Source: Antedon mediterranea (Eukaryota; Animalia; Echinodermata). Taken from it: DNA of 64,000 nt. The stretch spans positions 20,567,432 through 20,631,431 of the forward strand of contig NC_092679.1 of the NCBI RefSeq assembly GCF_964355755.1. The letters are read 5' to 3'. Of this stretch, positions 1 through 13,622 are shown piece by piece. The notes below the pieces were generated by a model. That model had not been told where the DNA came from, searched no databases, and saw only the letters and a program-made list of their open reading frames with translations. Each line of letters opens with the position of its first letter. Position 1 is the first letter of the stretch. The position numbers and the translations under genes were made by a program.

Positions 1-2943
1 ACAGCACAATGAAACGCAATACACGATGCACGTGGTAGTCGAATTGTATTTTTCTATTAAGAATCCAGTCAGCACAGTGCCGATTCCTGGGCCTAGGTTG
101 TGGAATAAGGAACATAAAAAGGCTATACATGTCGCAGTGAACTGTGGCGGGAATGAGTGAACTGTGTAAGATACCAAGGTGGTCCATACAGCAAAATATG
201 ATGCTCCTAAATATGAAAAAAAATCATGACATCAGCTAGGAACTCTCCAATTACGTAGTAGAAAGAGTCGTGCACGTTATACCCTTACACAAGGTCAGGA
301 TCGAACCCTGGACTTTTGGATCGGAAGACAAGAATGCTGACCAATCTACAGTTCCACTGATGTAATGAGGCAACATAAAGCAGTGTTATAATAAGCTTAA
401 CACGGGCGTATGTATTAATGTTATGATGCATTACCTTATATAAAAAATTATAACGTCTAACTTTGTTAGGCCAATTTACACAGACGAGCGGAACGGTAAG
501 CGGAAACCCGCGTGCTTGGTCCTAAGCGAGTTTCCGCTCCGCATTTTGTAAAAAAAAATAACATTCTTTCTATTATTGTATGTGTGTTTCCGCGTACCGT
601 TTAACTTTACCGCGTACCGTTACCGCTCGTCTGTGTAAATTGGCCTTCACACGTCCATCATCAATACTATTATACATTGAACCCACATATGATTTATATA
701 ATTATAAATATACACTCATACTAACCCATAACACACTCGATCGGAAGGATCAAGATAGGATTTGTCAGTATTCCTAATATGAAAAATCGAACAGCGTACA
801 ACAGCAGCCCTAGTGTCAGTAAATTGATATGGCCTAGCCGTTCTAGGACAGCCGACTGGAAAAACAAGCCCCAGATCATCTCTGCGCTTGCTCGTAGAGC
901 AGTTGCCGTTCCCATCAACAGCTGAGAGGCACCTGAGTGAAGACAACATTTTTTTTAGTTCTACCCCATTACACCTAATTCCTACCCGTTCATCCCCAAA
1001 AACTAAACCCCCATCCCCTTTGCGATTTCAATACCTCCTTCCCTGTATGAGCTGCAATTCATTCAATGCTTACCTATGTTTTCAAGATGCCAGTAAAAGT
1101 ACGAACCGAAGCTATTAACAATGCCAACAAACACAGCAAGAGCATAAACAGATACATTTTCCGGTTTGATAAGAATCATTACGAAATTCTTCACGTCATA
1201 TTCCTTATCATTTTGTATATTCTGTAAAATAAAGGTATAATTATAAAAATGGAAATCAAACGCTAAAAAAAAACTGAGCAAAATGCTTGCATAGACCGAT
1301 AGAGAGCGTGCTATCTACTAATTGAAGATACTCAACTCGAGATCCAAATCAGCTTGACGTTACGTCAGTATAGTATAATAATATAGGCTAACATAACATA
1401 TACAAACAATACACGTTTGAAAATGTTAATGCCGAAAAGATGATTTGCAAGCATTTCACCAAGTTAGTTCACTCGAAATTGAATGAACTTGAGAAAAGAC
1501 ACTTCCCTACACTTTCCCTTTCACACACAGGCCGGCGTTTACGAATTACCGCAATATTACCGTCTTACAGCTCTGTGTGAAAGGAAGGGGCTTAATTGGT
1601 TTAGAAACACTTACGTCATATTTAAGCGTGCATGCGATAGGTAATGCAGCTACATAGAAGCACGCCATTAGTATAAACGCACATCTGTAGTCAGTAAGAG
1701 TAAAATCAATGCCACAAATTGTGAAGACTTTCCGGAAGTATTGCAAAACACCACCGCTTAGCAGAGATCTAGGGTGAAAAATTATGTTATGCTATGTTAT
1801 ATAAATATGTTTATATTTGAAAACGCCGCCTATAGGCCTAAAGACAAGACGTACAGTAATTCACCTTATTCTTTGTAGTTATTACATTATTCATTCTTGA
1901 TTACAAATTCATAAAAGGTAAAGTCTCATTCTGATGGATATCCTCATCAATTTCAATAAACTATAGCAATTAACGATAACCTATATTTCCTTATCCTGGA
2001 GTTTAATTTTAGTCAAGCATACAATAGGAGGCTTTCAATTTGCAAGGGCCTAAGTACGTCATGTTGATTCATTATGCGCATGCGTGGATATTTGAACGTG
2101 TTTCTTCACTCCACAACTCAACACAGTGGTGGTTTTCTGGGAGTCGAGATGTCCATGACGAAACCTCGATTGACCTGAACAAGACATGGCATTGGTCGTC
2201 GCAAATAGAAAACTTTCTAATATAAAATCTTACCCAACGATCCATCCCAGAGAACCAAAAGATCTGAATTTGCTGTAAAATTTTGGGTTACCCTTTAATT
2301 CTCTTACGATAGCCACGTCTAGAGATGACAAGTTCGCCGCAAAAAACAGTTCGTAGAGAGTAATGGCGACCATAAATTCCCAAAACACGACCATTACACC
2401 ACGTTCATCATACAGCCATGTTTTATCTTCAAAGACTTTTTTTTCCACCATTATTTTTTCTAGCTCATTTAAATACGCTCTGCTGTACGCTGATTGGTTG
2501 AAAGTTGTTGAATAATTATATGAAACGCCGAGATTTGTCGCTAAATTCGATATAGCAATATCACAGGGTTCTCTTTCGGCAGGTGGTATAAAAATTACAG
2601 AAATGCCAAACAACATCGTTCCAATTATAGAAATTATAAAAACAAATCGCCAAATCTTAAAACGATCCGATATAAAGCCCCACATAGGTGTACAAAAGAA
2701 TCCCAATATGGGTCTGATTGTCAAAATTAAGCCTACTCTGAAGGCATCCAGTCCTAGCTGCCTGAGATACAGAGCAAGGAAGCGAGCTGTACAAGCTATT
2801 GCACCGTAAAGAAACACTGGAATGATTCGTAAAGCTACGTTTTCTTCTTTTAGTACTCTGCATATCCTCTGACGTAATGTTTCCGGCACGCCCTCTTGTG
2901 ATAACTCATCTTTAGCACCTGCGCTGGAACTTTCTGCCTTCAT
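1..2943 (-). CDS. MFSD6: MFSD6-like major facilitator superfamily transporter, paralogue A (3' end outside window). Coding exons 2234-2943, 1615-1768, 1074-1221, 726-932, <1-206
   Basis: GT-AG junctions join in phase. MFS_1_like motifs: FLALYLRQLGL, PMWGFISDRFK, YSKFRSFGSLGW, FYWHLENIGAS, ILPIECVMGASYFAVW, HNLGPGIGTVLTGFLI. Exon sizes match paralogue B (154/154, 207/207). Confidence 0.85.
469..645. mobile_element. Palindromic MITE, family C (PIF/Harbinger-like); second copy at 11324-11507
   Basis: TIR GGCCAATTTACACAGACGAGCGG / CCGCTCGTCTGTGTAAATTGGCC, preceded by TTA. Confidence 0.75.
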
Positions 2944-3672
2944 GACGTCACAGTGTACTCTGAAACATTATTTTAAAGGTTTCGTTATCAATATAATACA
3001 ATAGATCCCTTATTAAGGGACACCTATCTACTATGGGATACTTTCTCCTTAAAGCTTGGTTCCCACTAAAGACGCATAACACAAGGACGTAGTCGCAACA
3101 CAAGCGGATTATTCATTAGTTTCAACATAATTCCACTTGCTATCAGGGTTATCACTGAACACTGAACACTAGGCCTACTGAATTCTCAATAGTTACAGTA
3201 TAACCCCTCATTGGGTCAATTCTATTCAGGGACATCACAGAAAATGAACAAGGAGCAATATATGTTTCACTAAGATCAACACCAGGGCACACCTCTATTG
3301 AGGGGACACTTTGTTTGGTTAATCAGTTGAACTTGTAATCACAAGTTAGGCTAAATTCAATATACGGCCTTTAATAATTGTACATGAACAGTATAGGGGT
3401 AGGTACTGTAAGTAACAAATACAGATCGATAGTAGGCTACACTTCACCAAATTAGCGGTAAACAGTATTATAAGAAAGCTATAACAGTTAGTCCAGCATA
3501 TTACAACGAATCGTTCAAATTCGTTAAATTATTTATGTTTGTCTTTTACGTGAGACATTTTCCAGAGCCTACCTATTTTAAATGGATGCTGTAGGCCGAA
3601 ATGGTCTATATAACGAGAATCGAATCCACTTATGCATTCATTATAAGGGCGAGTAAATCGCAGTGTGCTTAC

Positions 3673-3835
3673 CTTTTTTAGGCCTATAACTCGTCTGTTC
3701 CTAACATTCAGTTCAGTTGTTTTTACATTCTATTACCGATACTGTTAACGTTTTAGTCTGCATATACTACCTACACTATTGACACACTCCAACTGTTTTG
3801 TCATTTATATTTAAAACGATGTATATTAAATAGCA
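3673..3835 (-). promoter_or_regulatory. Putative non-coding first exon / core promoter of MFSD6-like A
   Basis: Donor gtaag at 3672-3668. Blocks TAGGCCTA, CAGTTGTTT(TT)ACATT, ATTGACACACT and ATATTAAA are shared in order with 12210-12415. The first coding exon begins at an acceptor (2960-2961), so an upstream exon is expected. Confidence 0.5.
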
Positions 3836-4714
3836 AATCGGATATTCTTTGGAATTTTTTTTAAAGAGATTTGTATATGATAATTCGACCTTGGTTCATT
3901 GTATACCAAATGTTAGGATAAATACTTTTGACAATTGTGATTTTCACGCTGCTGCTCTAGCCCGCTACGTGACAAGAGATGACCCATTTATTAACTGAAA
4001 GCAAGCAGCAGTTATAGTACTAGATACTGACGTTTTTGCAAAAAAGCATTCTCGACTATAATTTATAGGTACCAGCTGCTGGACCCAAAAAAATGTCTGG
4101 GAAAAGAGTCTACCGGTTGAACGACAAATCCCAAAGCATTTCTGGTATTTATAATACTGTAATTCTCTGTCAGATAATCATTGAATTATTATCAAAACAG
4201 TCCACTGAAGTTTTTGTTTGTAATAGGATACTTCACACTTGAAGTATCTAGGCGTGGTGAAGTGACCCCCAGACTTGACCTTAGCAATAAAATAAACTAA
4301 AGTGACAGAAATTTAGACTGTGTCTCATATCAAAGTTATTCACTTCTGTAACAAAAAAATAATATTTATTCACATATAAGAAGAGAAAAGAAACGTTTAA
4401 TTATAACTAAAAAAACATTGTCTGACCGACAATTCAAGTATTTTTTGCTTTAAATTACATTTTTTCAGGTAAAATAACTATTATTTATGACAATAAAATG
4501 ACACATTCAAAAACAAAGTTGAAATAAAAAATATTTTTTTAGAGGGACAATATATCTTTAAAATTGTTAAGTCAATAAGAGAGGAGCGTTTTTTGTAAGA
4601 AATATTTCTTGTTTTATACAGATCTTTCACCTATAGTCTCTGTGACCGCGGTTAAGGTCGTTGGGTCTCTTCGCAATATTGATCATTTCACCAGTCCTCT
4701 CCAGAAGTCTCAGT

Positions 4715-5633
4715 TACCGTAAATCTTCTAATTGTAACTCTGGGTTATTATTCTTTGATTGTTTTTTAGGGTGGGTTACTATTAGAAGGGGAGTTACTAT
4801 TAGAGTAGTGGGTTACTATTACTAATCTTAAATTAGGCACTCATAGCAAAATAATAAAACAGTATGAATAAACAAATTTGGTTGAACTCTAACTTCGTTT
4901 TATAAACTCAAAAACACTCAATCCTCCCCCACCCTCGAAATCAACATGCATTGTCGCCTTATTTTCTAAAAACGGCTGCTTCATAAGTTTTTGTGACTAA
5001 TAGTAACCCTCAAGGGGTGTTACTATTAGAAGAGGTGTTACTATTAGAAGGTGTGTTACTATTAGAAGGTGTGTTACTATTAGAAGGTGTGTTACTATTA
5101 GAAGGTGTGTTACTATTAGAAGGGGTGTTACTATTAGAAGGTGTGTTACTATTAGAAGGGGTGTTACTATTAGAAGGTGTGTTACTATTAGAAGGGGTGT
5201 TACTATTAGAAGGTGTGTTACTATTAGAAGGGGTGTTACTATTAGAAGGGGTGTTACTATTAGAAGGTGTGTTACTATTAGAAGGTGTGTTACTATTAGA
5301 AGGGGTGTTACTATTAGAAGGGGTGTTACTATTAGAAGGTGTGTTACTATTAGAAGGGGTGTTACTATTAGAAGGTGTGTTACTATTAGAAGGTGTGTTA
5401 CTATTAGAAGGGGTGTTACTATTAGAAGGTGTGTTACTATTAGAAGGGGTGTTACTATTAGAAGGGGTGTTAGTATTAGAAGGGGTGTTACTATTAGAAG
5501 GGGGTTACTATTAGAAGGGGTGTTACTATTAGAAGGGGTGTTACTATTAGAAGAGGTGTTACTATTAGAAGGTGTGTTACTATTAGAAGGGGTGTTACTA
5601 TTAGAAGGTGTGTTACTATTTAGATTTATGTTA
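4715..5633. mobile_element. TIR element (TACCGTA-type termini) carrying the 18-bp minisatellite
   Basis: Left end TACCGTAAATCTTCTAATTGTAAC is a degenerate inverted match to the right end GTTACTATTTAGATTTATGTTA. Subterminal GGGTTACTATTAG copies at 4773-4822 and an inverted copy at ~4996-5010. Confidence 0.5.
5013..5620 (+). repeat. 18-bp minisatellite (GTGTTACTATTAGAAGGK), ~33 copies
   Basis: Directly visible, near-identical tandem units with G/T variants. Confidence 0.97.
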
Positions 5634-6814
5634 TGTGCCAACACCTGTAGTGTTTCAGAGAAGGTTGTTGGAATCCATTCGGTGATGTTATCTACACGTT
5701 TACTTTTATAACTGCTACATTACTAAACCTCTTCTAATTTTTGCTTTAAAAAAAGCTTACCAATAGGGCTGATATAATAATATAGGCCTATTTAATGTTG
5801 TTAACAGAGATAACAACATCTCAATAATTAAATTATTACCCATTCTTTAGAGAGGATAACACATGTAGTTTTTCATTAAAAAGTATATTATTAAGGGGTC
5901 CTCTACAAAAATTAAATAGAATACAACTTTATAAAAACATATTATCAATTACAAGATATAAGCTAGATTTGAACTCGACACTTGGGACGAGGTCCGCGCC
6001 AACGACACATACGCTAAAATGTTTATAAGTGCAACTACCAACTTGTATTTAAAAATCGTTTATTGTAGTGTAATTCGTAGTATTGTAAATTGTTGGTTGA
6101 AGAAAAAATGATTCTTGACAAACTTATTATATAGTTATCCGCATTAAGTTATTAGTTAGGGTTAGGGGGGTGGGGGTTAGGGTTATGGATAGGTTAGGTT
6201 AGTTGAAGAAGAAAGGGTCTATAAGGATAATCAAGAAAGCATCGCTGAATTTTCGTTTATGAGTCAATGGAACTACCTCACGACATTAAAATATTCAGGT
6301 TTTTTTTCCTGTTAATATACATTACATATTATGTACAACATTAGATAGGTGGGAATGTAACAAGACCTGATAACCATTTCTCAGCATTACAATTATTATT
6401 AAAAATATATTGTATAAATATGTACTAATATAAAATATCTCCTCTACAGCCTCTACAGTAGTGAATCATTGCGAAAATAGGTTAAAACGTCCAATTAAGA
6501 TAAATATTAAAAATATATAATATTATAGACATTTTTATATATTTTATAACATATACAATTAAGGTACAGTACGTCAGTACAAAGTCCGGATCCGGTATCG
6601 GTCATACATCCATTGGATCCGGTTTTGTCATATCGGATCCGGTCCTCGAAATCATGTCGCTAACAACGTTTGTATAGTATATTCAATAAATAAAATGTAT
6701 CTATTCAATATTGCATGCTTCAATAGGTTTAAGTTGCCATGGAAACAACGCAGGCGAGTTGACCAATGACAATCCATCGTTTATAATTGGTCAAATTGCT
6801 AAAGATTGCGCGTT

Positions 6815-9800
6815 TTATGGACTATCTTTGTCCGCAATAGAACTGTACGATTTTGTCACAGGTGCTGGCGTCTGAACTTGAGTTGGTGCTAAATCTGGCG
6901 TTGGTGGCGTGCTAGTACGTAGACGAGTACTTTCAACACTTTTGCGCATCTTATCTTTTTCATTCTCTTCACTTGTTATCAAATTCATTGACTCGATTTC
7001 AGGTTGGATGTCGGTGAAATTCTGTAATTTCAAATCAACATTTATATTTTCTTTTTGTTCTGTGTTTTATTTGTTTTCTATGTGTTCTAATATGACAATA
7101 CTGTAAGGTAGGGTGAGAGTAAATAAAAAATAAACATAAACAAATAGGTTTAGAAATAAAATAAATATTGGAAAGACTGATTTTCTTCCTACAAAAAAAA
7201 AAAGACTTATAGACATATAAACGCCCCCTTTGAGGGATATGATAGGCCTAGTATAAAAATAATTTGTATAAGATTTAAATTTGTATCCGTTTTTGTCGAC
7301 AGGACCACAATGCAAAACAAGTTTATTTCTACTTGATTGTGTATTATCCTGTATAAATATGTTGTTAAGTAAGTAAGTAAGTAAAATAGAAATTGTTGGA
7401 AATTTTATTTGAAACTTGCTTGCAAAAGTTTGTGAATACTGCTGCACCCAACACTGTTGTTATTTCATTCGCTGAGTTAACAAATATAACTTGAGAATAA
7501 CTTCTGCAAACTTGATTTCTCCAGTTTATTAACTGGACGCTCTGCGCACTTAGCGACAAACTTTAGAAAACCTTTTTTGTCAAACTTGGAGTTTGTCCTG
7601 TTTGGGAACTTTTGTTGAACATTTTATTTAAAACTTACCCGTCGTGCTACCATGAACAGTAAGAGGAAACAAGCTGACGAAACGCAGTAGATGAAGCAAG
7701 TTGTTGTTGAATTGTACCGATCAATTAAGAAACCACTCAAAAGAGTACCACAACCTAAGCCTAGGTTGTGGACGGCGGCATTCACAAATGTTATACTTGT
7801 CGCAGTGAACTGTATTGGGAATGAGTTAACAGTGTAAGATACCAATGTGTTCCATACCGCAAAATATGATACGCCTAAAATTTAAAAAAAATATTAAAAG
7901 GTTATAAAATTCGACAGTATAATCGTTAAAAGATACCGAAATATAAGGTCAGTTAACGGAATGTCGTACAAATAAAATAAAAGTATAAAACACAGATAAA
8001 TAGCATCTTTGGAAGGCGTTCTGTTTGGTGTTGATCTAGATCTGTCAATGAGAAATACTTACAACTAACCAGAGTTATCCTACTTTATATTACGCCGTTC
8101 AGTATTAGGCTTACGCACAACACAAAGTGACGACAGAAAGTGACTTACCTTGTATAACCTCAACCGGTAGAATCCAAAGAGGATTTTTCATCAAGGCATA
8201 CATAAGGAACCGACAACAGTATAACGCTAATGCCATTGTAAGTATATTGATATGGCCTAGTCGTTCTAAGGCTGGCACCTGGAAAAATAAGCCCCAAACC
8301 ATCTCGGAGCTTGCTCCTATCGTGGTTGCTATTCCCATTAACAGCTGAGTAGCACCTGCAGTACATGAAAACTGGGATTTAGTTTTTACAGTTGCTTAAA
8401 GGCCATATTAATACCTTGAATTGAAGATTGTACTGCGTTATTTAACGTGCACATGAGACATACATGCTGCACACAGGACTAACGTCCTAACGAAAGACGG
8501 TGCATTATCTACATATTATCTACGTATTCTAAACCCTCCAGTTGGAACAGATGTGACTGTCAACCTAATAGAAATATGTATTTACAATATTATGCTTACC
8601 TAAGTTTTCAAGATGGTAGTTTAAAAAGTACCAAACAAAACCATTACAAACTCCAACAAAAGTGCCAATGGCATATACAGATATATGTTCCGGTGTACAA
8701 AGAAGCAGCAGGAAGTTCTTTACGTAATATTCTTTATCGCTTTTTAAATGCTGAAAACAAAAATAAAAATATCAAGTAATCTAACTTAAATTGTGTGCCT
8801 AATTAATAGGCTACAAATGTTACTTAGACATGATACAAAGAAGAGAAAGAAGCCTTGAAAATGTAACAAAACATAATGCATGAGAGGAACCTTTTTCCTT
8901 TGAAGTTCTCAAATGAGAACTTATCGAAACAGAATTCACGGGAGCTTGATTGGAAAAGGCGTCTGATTAGACTTGTCCCAAGTCTGTCTTTTTTATGTTA
9001 GTCCACCAGTCGGGGTTTCGATTTTTGTCTGAAATACCTGCTCATTTATTATACGTATGAAGCGCCATATGTGCCAAAATATTTATCTTAATAGTAATTT
9101 CGGTCTATAGTACCTAGACTAGCGTCTGATACACAAGTTGGATTAAAAATCAACCAAGAGGACAAAAGTAATTTCTCGACATATTATATTTTCATATGTG
9201 GATACGGCAACGAGAATAAGGTTCATACATTGATTGATTTTCTTGGGTTTTAATAAAGTAAACACTCACGTCATATTTAAGAGTGCAGCCGATAGGTAAC
9301 GAGCAGGCGTAAAAGCCCGCCATCATCATAAAAGCAATTTTGTAGTTGGTTGCAATAAAGTCGATGCCGCAAATTATTAACTCTTTCCGGTAGTGTTGCA
9401 AAATAGCAGCAGTTATCAAAGATCTGCGGCGTCAAAAAAACACAAACTTTAGTTAGGCCTAAACCTTAAATAAGAAATATATAACATTTGAGCCGATTTG
9501 AAAGATTATCTGGAGATCTAAATATGCAAATCACAGTAATAATAGATACGGTACCATAAGTTAGTAACTTTTGGTGAAAATACAAATTAACAAAGACAAC
9601 TTCTTAACCAAATAATGATATTGCTATTATGGGCTACGAAAATTCCTAAAGGGTTGATTAAATACTATCTTATTTTTGTTGAAAATGTTTAACTATGTCT
9701 AAGCTTTAACTTTAATTATACAATAGAAAAATAAGGCTTACCCAAGAATCCATCCCAGAGAACCGAAAGAGCGAAATTTGCTGTAAAATTTAGGGTTGTC

Positions 9801-10454
9801 TTTTAATTCACTTATGATAGAAACGTCTAAAAATGACAAGTTTGCCGCGAAAAATATTTCGTATAATACAATCACAAAAACAAACTCCCAAAACAAGGTG
9901 ACAACACCTTCTGGTTCATACAGCCATGTTTTATCTTTCTGGGCTTCAATTTCAATCATTGTTTCTTTTAGCTCATCTAAATACGCTTCGTTTTCGTACA
10001 CTGATTGGTTGAAATTTGTTGAATAATTATCAGGTGGGACGTCAAGAAGTGTTGCTAAATTTGATATAGCAACGTCACAGGGTTCTCTTTCGGCAGGTTT
10101 GAACAGAATTACGATAGGACCAAACATCATCAATCCGATTATAGATAATATAAACACAAATCGCCAAATCTTAAAACGATCGGCTATGAAGCCCCACAGA
10201 GGTGTACAAAAGACACCGAGTGCGGGTCTGATGGTGAACAGCATGCCTATCCTGAAGGCATCTAGGCCTAACTGTCTGAGATACAAAGAAAGGTAGGGAG
10301 CTATACACGCTAAAGCACCATAAACAAAGATGGGAATGATTCGTAAGGATATGTTATCATCTCGTAATGCTCTCCATGTCTTCTGACGTAATGTTTCCGG
10401 CACGCCCTCTTTCAACTCATCTTTCGCACCTGTGTTGGAACTTTCTGCCGTCAT
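6815..10454 (-). CDS. MFSD6: MFSD6-like MFS transporter, paralogue B. Coding exons 9742-10454, 9270-9423, 8600-8750, 8149-8355, 7639-7874; last exon either 6815-7021 or 7035-7100
   Basis: Colinear with paralogue A (MTAESSNTGAKDEL vs MKAESSSAGAKDEL; same splice phases). The ATG at 10454 follows an acceptor at 10471-10472. The terminal exon is ambiguous (see findings). Confidence 0.85.
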
Positions 10455-10539
10455 GACGTCACAGTTTTCTCTGTAAGTAACATAATAATGTTTTGTTACC
10501 AGTCTAAAGGTTCCATACTTGCAGGCGATGAATCTTATC

Positions 10540-11060
10540 ATATCGTTATCATCGTCAACGTCAACGTCACCCTTCCTCCTAGGCTACATTCGACATCATC
10601 ATCATTATCACCATCCTACACTTGCAGTCGATCTAAATCTTCGTCATCTTAACTATCTCCTGGTTCCCTATCATACCTGTCATCACCGTCATTATCATCA
10701 TCATCATCATTATCATCATTACCATCATTATCATCCCTCCTAAGCTACATTCAACATCAACACTATTATATTATTATTATCATCATCCTTCCTCCTCCCA
10801 GTAGCCTACTTTCAACATCGCCATTATCAACACCTTATCTTTATCATTCCATTTCACATTGTTTCACTATTGTCATCATCAATTATCTCATCATCATCAT
10901 TATCATCGTTGTCATCCCCCTCACGGTGGTAACATCGTCATCAACATTAATTCATCAGCTTTATTCTCCTTAATTCATCAGCATCATCCTCCTACAATTG
11001 TCTACCCTCCTCCCACCGTCGTTAACACTGCTATATTCATCCTCATAAAACTGTTACTAT
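10540..11060 (+). repeat. Degenerate (CAT)n low-complexity tract in the first intron of MFSD6-like B
   Basis: Repeated CATCATCATTAT motifs. Confidence 0.8.
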
Positions 11061-11323
11061 CGTAAATTTATAAAAATTATCATAAACAACAACACCGCAC
11101 CGCGACATGTATTGATTTGTGTTCGATTTGCAACAGGTTGTGTTGAAATGGTAATTCGATAATTAAAATATAAAAACGACTACACGAATGCATTGGCGAT
11201 GCGAGTTCAGTAAATTCGTGTTTATTTTTTGAATCAAATTTAAAGTTTAATCTCGGTAGTGTTACGTGAGTTACACGAAAAGTAATTGTAAAATATATTG
11301 ATTTTAAGAAAATTATGCATTAT

Positions 11324-11507
11324 GGCTAATTTACACTAGACGAGCGGTAACGGTAAGCGGAAAACCGCGTAGCTTGTTCCACGTAGAATCTGTATATATT
11401 TTGAGCGGAAACCACCCGTTCGCGCCGCGTTATGTGTAAATGGTCATAAAGAATAACATAGATTCTATATTGTTATTACCGTTACCGCTCATCTGTGTAA
11501 ATCGGCC
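11324..11507. mobile_element. MITE family C copy
   Basis: GGCTAATTTACACTAGACGAGCGGTAACGGTAAGCGG ... CCGCTCATCTGTGTAAATCGGCC. Confidence 0.7.
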
Positions 11508-12209
11508 TTTATAATTTCTTTTCTAGACCCACGTTACTGATTCCTCTATATCACCATTCTTTACCCCATGATATCACCCTTTTCTTTGTTTTCAATGTTT
11601 TGAGTATTGTCAAATATACACGCATAACAGTTTGAGCAATTTCTTCTACAATAAAATCAACTTAACCCACATGAACTAAGTTCACAAACTGTATTAAAAT
11701 AAGTGCACCTTTACCATTGAACCATAACGCTCTTTGCTGGCTATTCATTATAAAACCAGTGATAATAACGACCAAAGGGCATCTAGGCTCACTGTACCGT
11801 CACTGTCTGAAAAGGCACTATAGGCCTTTGTGTGAACGCTTAGCAGCTTTTATAATTAATTGTACATTTTGAAGCGCAACTATGCCTATTATATGTATAA
11901 TTGCCTTGATATAGCACCGTAGGCATTTTTTACCATCGACTGAATATTTCGCAATAGTAAATAAGTACTGATAACGATTGTACACTTAGCCTACACTTAA
12001 CGTTTGTTGTAGATGTTATATAGAATTAATTTAACATTGAAATTAAAAACAGCGACAGTCCAGATCACTGCAGCAATGTGATATTTATCAGGCCTCGACT
12101 AATCGAATTCCAATGAATACAAAGAAAGATACCTCCGGCGAGATTCGAACCTGTGATCAACAACTTCAGGGCGGGTGCAGTATCATAACGTGAAATATTG
12201 TACACTTAC

Positions 12210-12415
12210 CGTTTTTTTAGGCCTAGCAAATCGTCATAAACCGGTTCGCTAAGTCGAGTTAATTAACCAGTTGTTTACATTTTCCTCTTACACGTTGCCG
12301 GGATTTAATGAACGTACAGTATAGTATTCTATTTTACAATTTTTAGATCATCATCCGTACGATTGACACACTTCATTTATTTAATTGTTATTTAAAGTGG
12401 AGCATATTAAAACAG
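12210..12415 (-). promoter_or_regulatory. Putative non-coding first exon / core promoter of MFSD6-like B
   Basis: Donor gtaagt at 12209-12204; paralogous to 3673-3835. Confidence 0.5.
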
Positions 12416-13622
12416 CTGTTGCGTATCAGATAGTTATTCATCGAAGGACTTATTCGTTAGTGAATTAACACTGATTTTAAATAGATTCTTTTCTCCTCAC
12501 TTCTAACGGAAAAGAGGCGAGGCTTCCTGATTCAATTCTAAATACTATTTGTGTTGGTTACTAACTCTATGGCCAAACGTCAGCAATAGTCCATGGTAGT
12601 TGTATTTCATTAAGACAAAAACATAGTCAGCTTTATCCATTACACAGATAACTATTTGATATAATTTAATAATGTAATAAACGGTAAAAAAAAAGAAATG
12701 AAAGAAATCGCCTTAAATGTTGGATATAATATAGGCCTATACAACAGTAGAACACCTCCTTTTTGGAACACCTCCATTATTAAGACCAGTCCACACTGAA
12801 CTTAGACGCGAAGTGACACGCGTCAAATCGAACCGTATTATGACGCGACGAACGATCTCTGCAGTGTGAACATCAAATCGAATGTGACGTTTACAGTAGG
12901 CGTCATATCAGACGATTTTCAACCTCAAAGGCTTCGCGCGTGAATTCGCCTTTTTAAGCTTTGCGCGATTCAACTGGGGATATCTCATTCATTTTAAGTA
13001 ATTTCACTTTTCCGATATTTATAATAAAACATTTATTCTCGCTCTTCATAAAAGTATATACAAACATAACATTACAAATAATTTTCACAAAAAAATATTG
13101 ATATAAAAATCTTAAAACATGTCATCCATATTGCATAAACCCATTACTATAATATGATTTTTTTAAATATTTCGATGAAATAAAATAGACAACAGACAAT
13201 CAGTTGTTCATTGAATATAAAGCAATTAAAAACGTACTGTACTTTTAAAAACATTGTTTATGTTGAGCAATATCGTTAGAAAATAGGTTATAAAACTCTA
13301 GCAGGCCTATATAACTACTTTTAATATTAAAAAAACGATTGTAAAAATTTGGAAAATATTCAGTGATATATATCTCCACACATGACAATATATCATATGC
13401 AAATTCCATAATACAGCGGCACATGTGATTCATTAACACTACGGTCAACCTCCTAGTCAAAAACAGGCCTATTAATAGGACAGTATCCTACTAAAGAAAC
13501 GAGGAACATTCCATTATGTTTCACCTCCAATACAAAGAACACACCTATAAAGGGGATAGTATAAGAACTAATACATTTTTTAACACTACAGCCAGCCCCA
13601 ATTATTCAGAGGATCCTCATAT

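Noticed and set aside
290-360. tRNA-like sequences (also ~12130-12180, 17650-17720, 19405-19465, 28020-28085)
   Set aside because: Only degenerate A/B boxes without a full cloverleaf; best explained as SINE heads, not tRNA genes.
4993-5711. ORFs of (LLLEGV)n / (LLIVTP)n, and a CRISPR-like appearance
   Set aside because: Translation artefacts of an 18-bp minisatellite; no unique spacers, no cas genes, eukaryotic context.
6154-6203. TTAGGG-like motifs suggesting telomeric DNA
   Set aside because: Only a few imperfect units; probably the core of a dispersed repeat.
10455-10541. Upstream in-frame ATG extending MFSD6-like B
   Set aside because: Crosses the acceptor at 10471-10472; paralogue A starts at the position equivalent to 10454.
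10519-11065. His-rich ORFs
   Set aside because: Products of (CAT)n low-complexity intronic DNA on the antisense strand.
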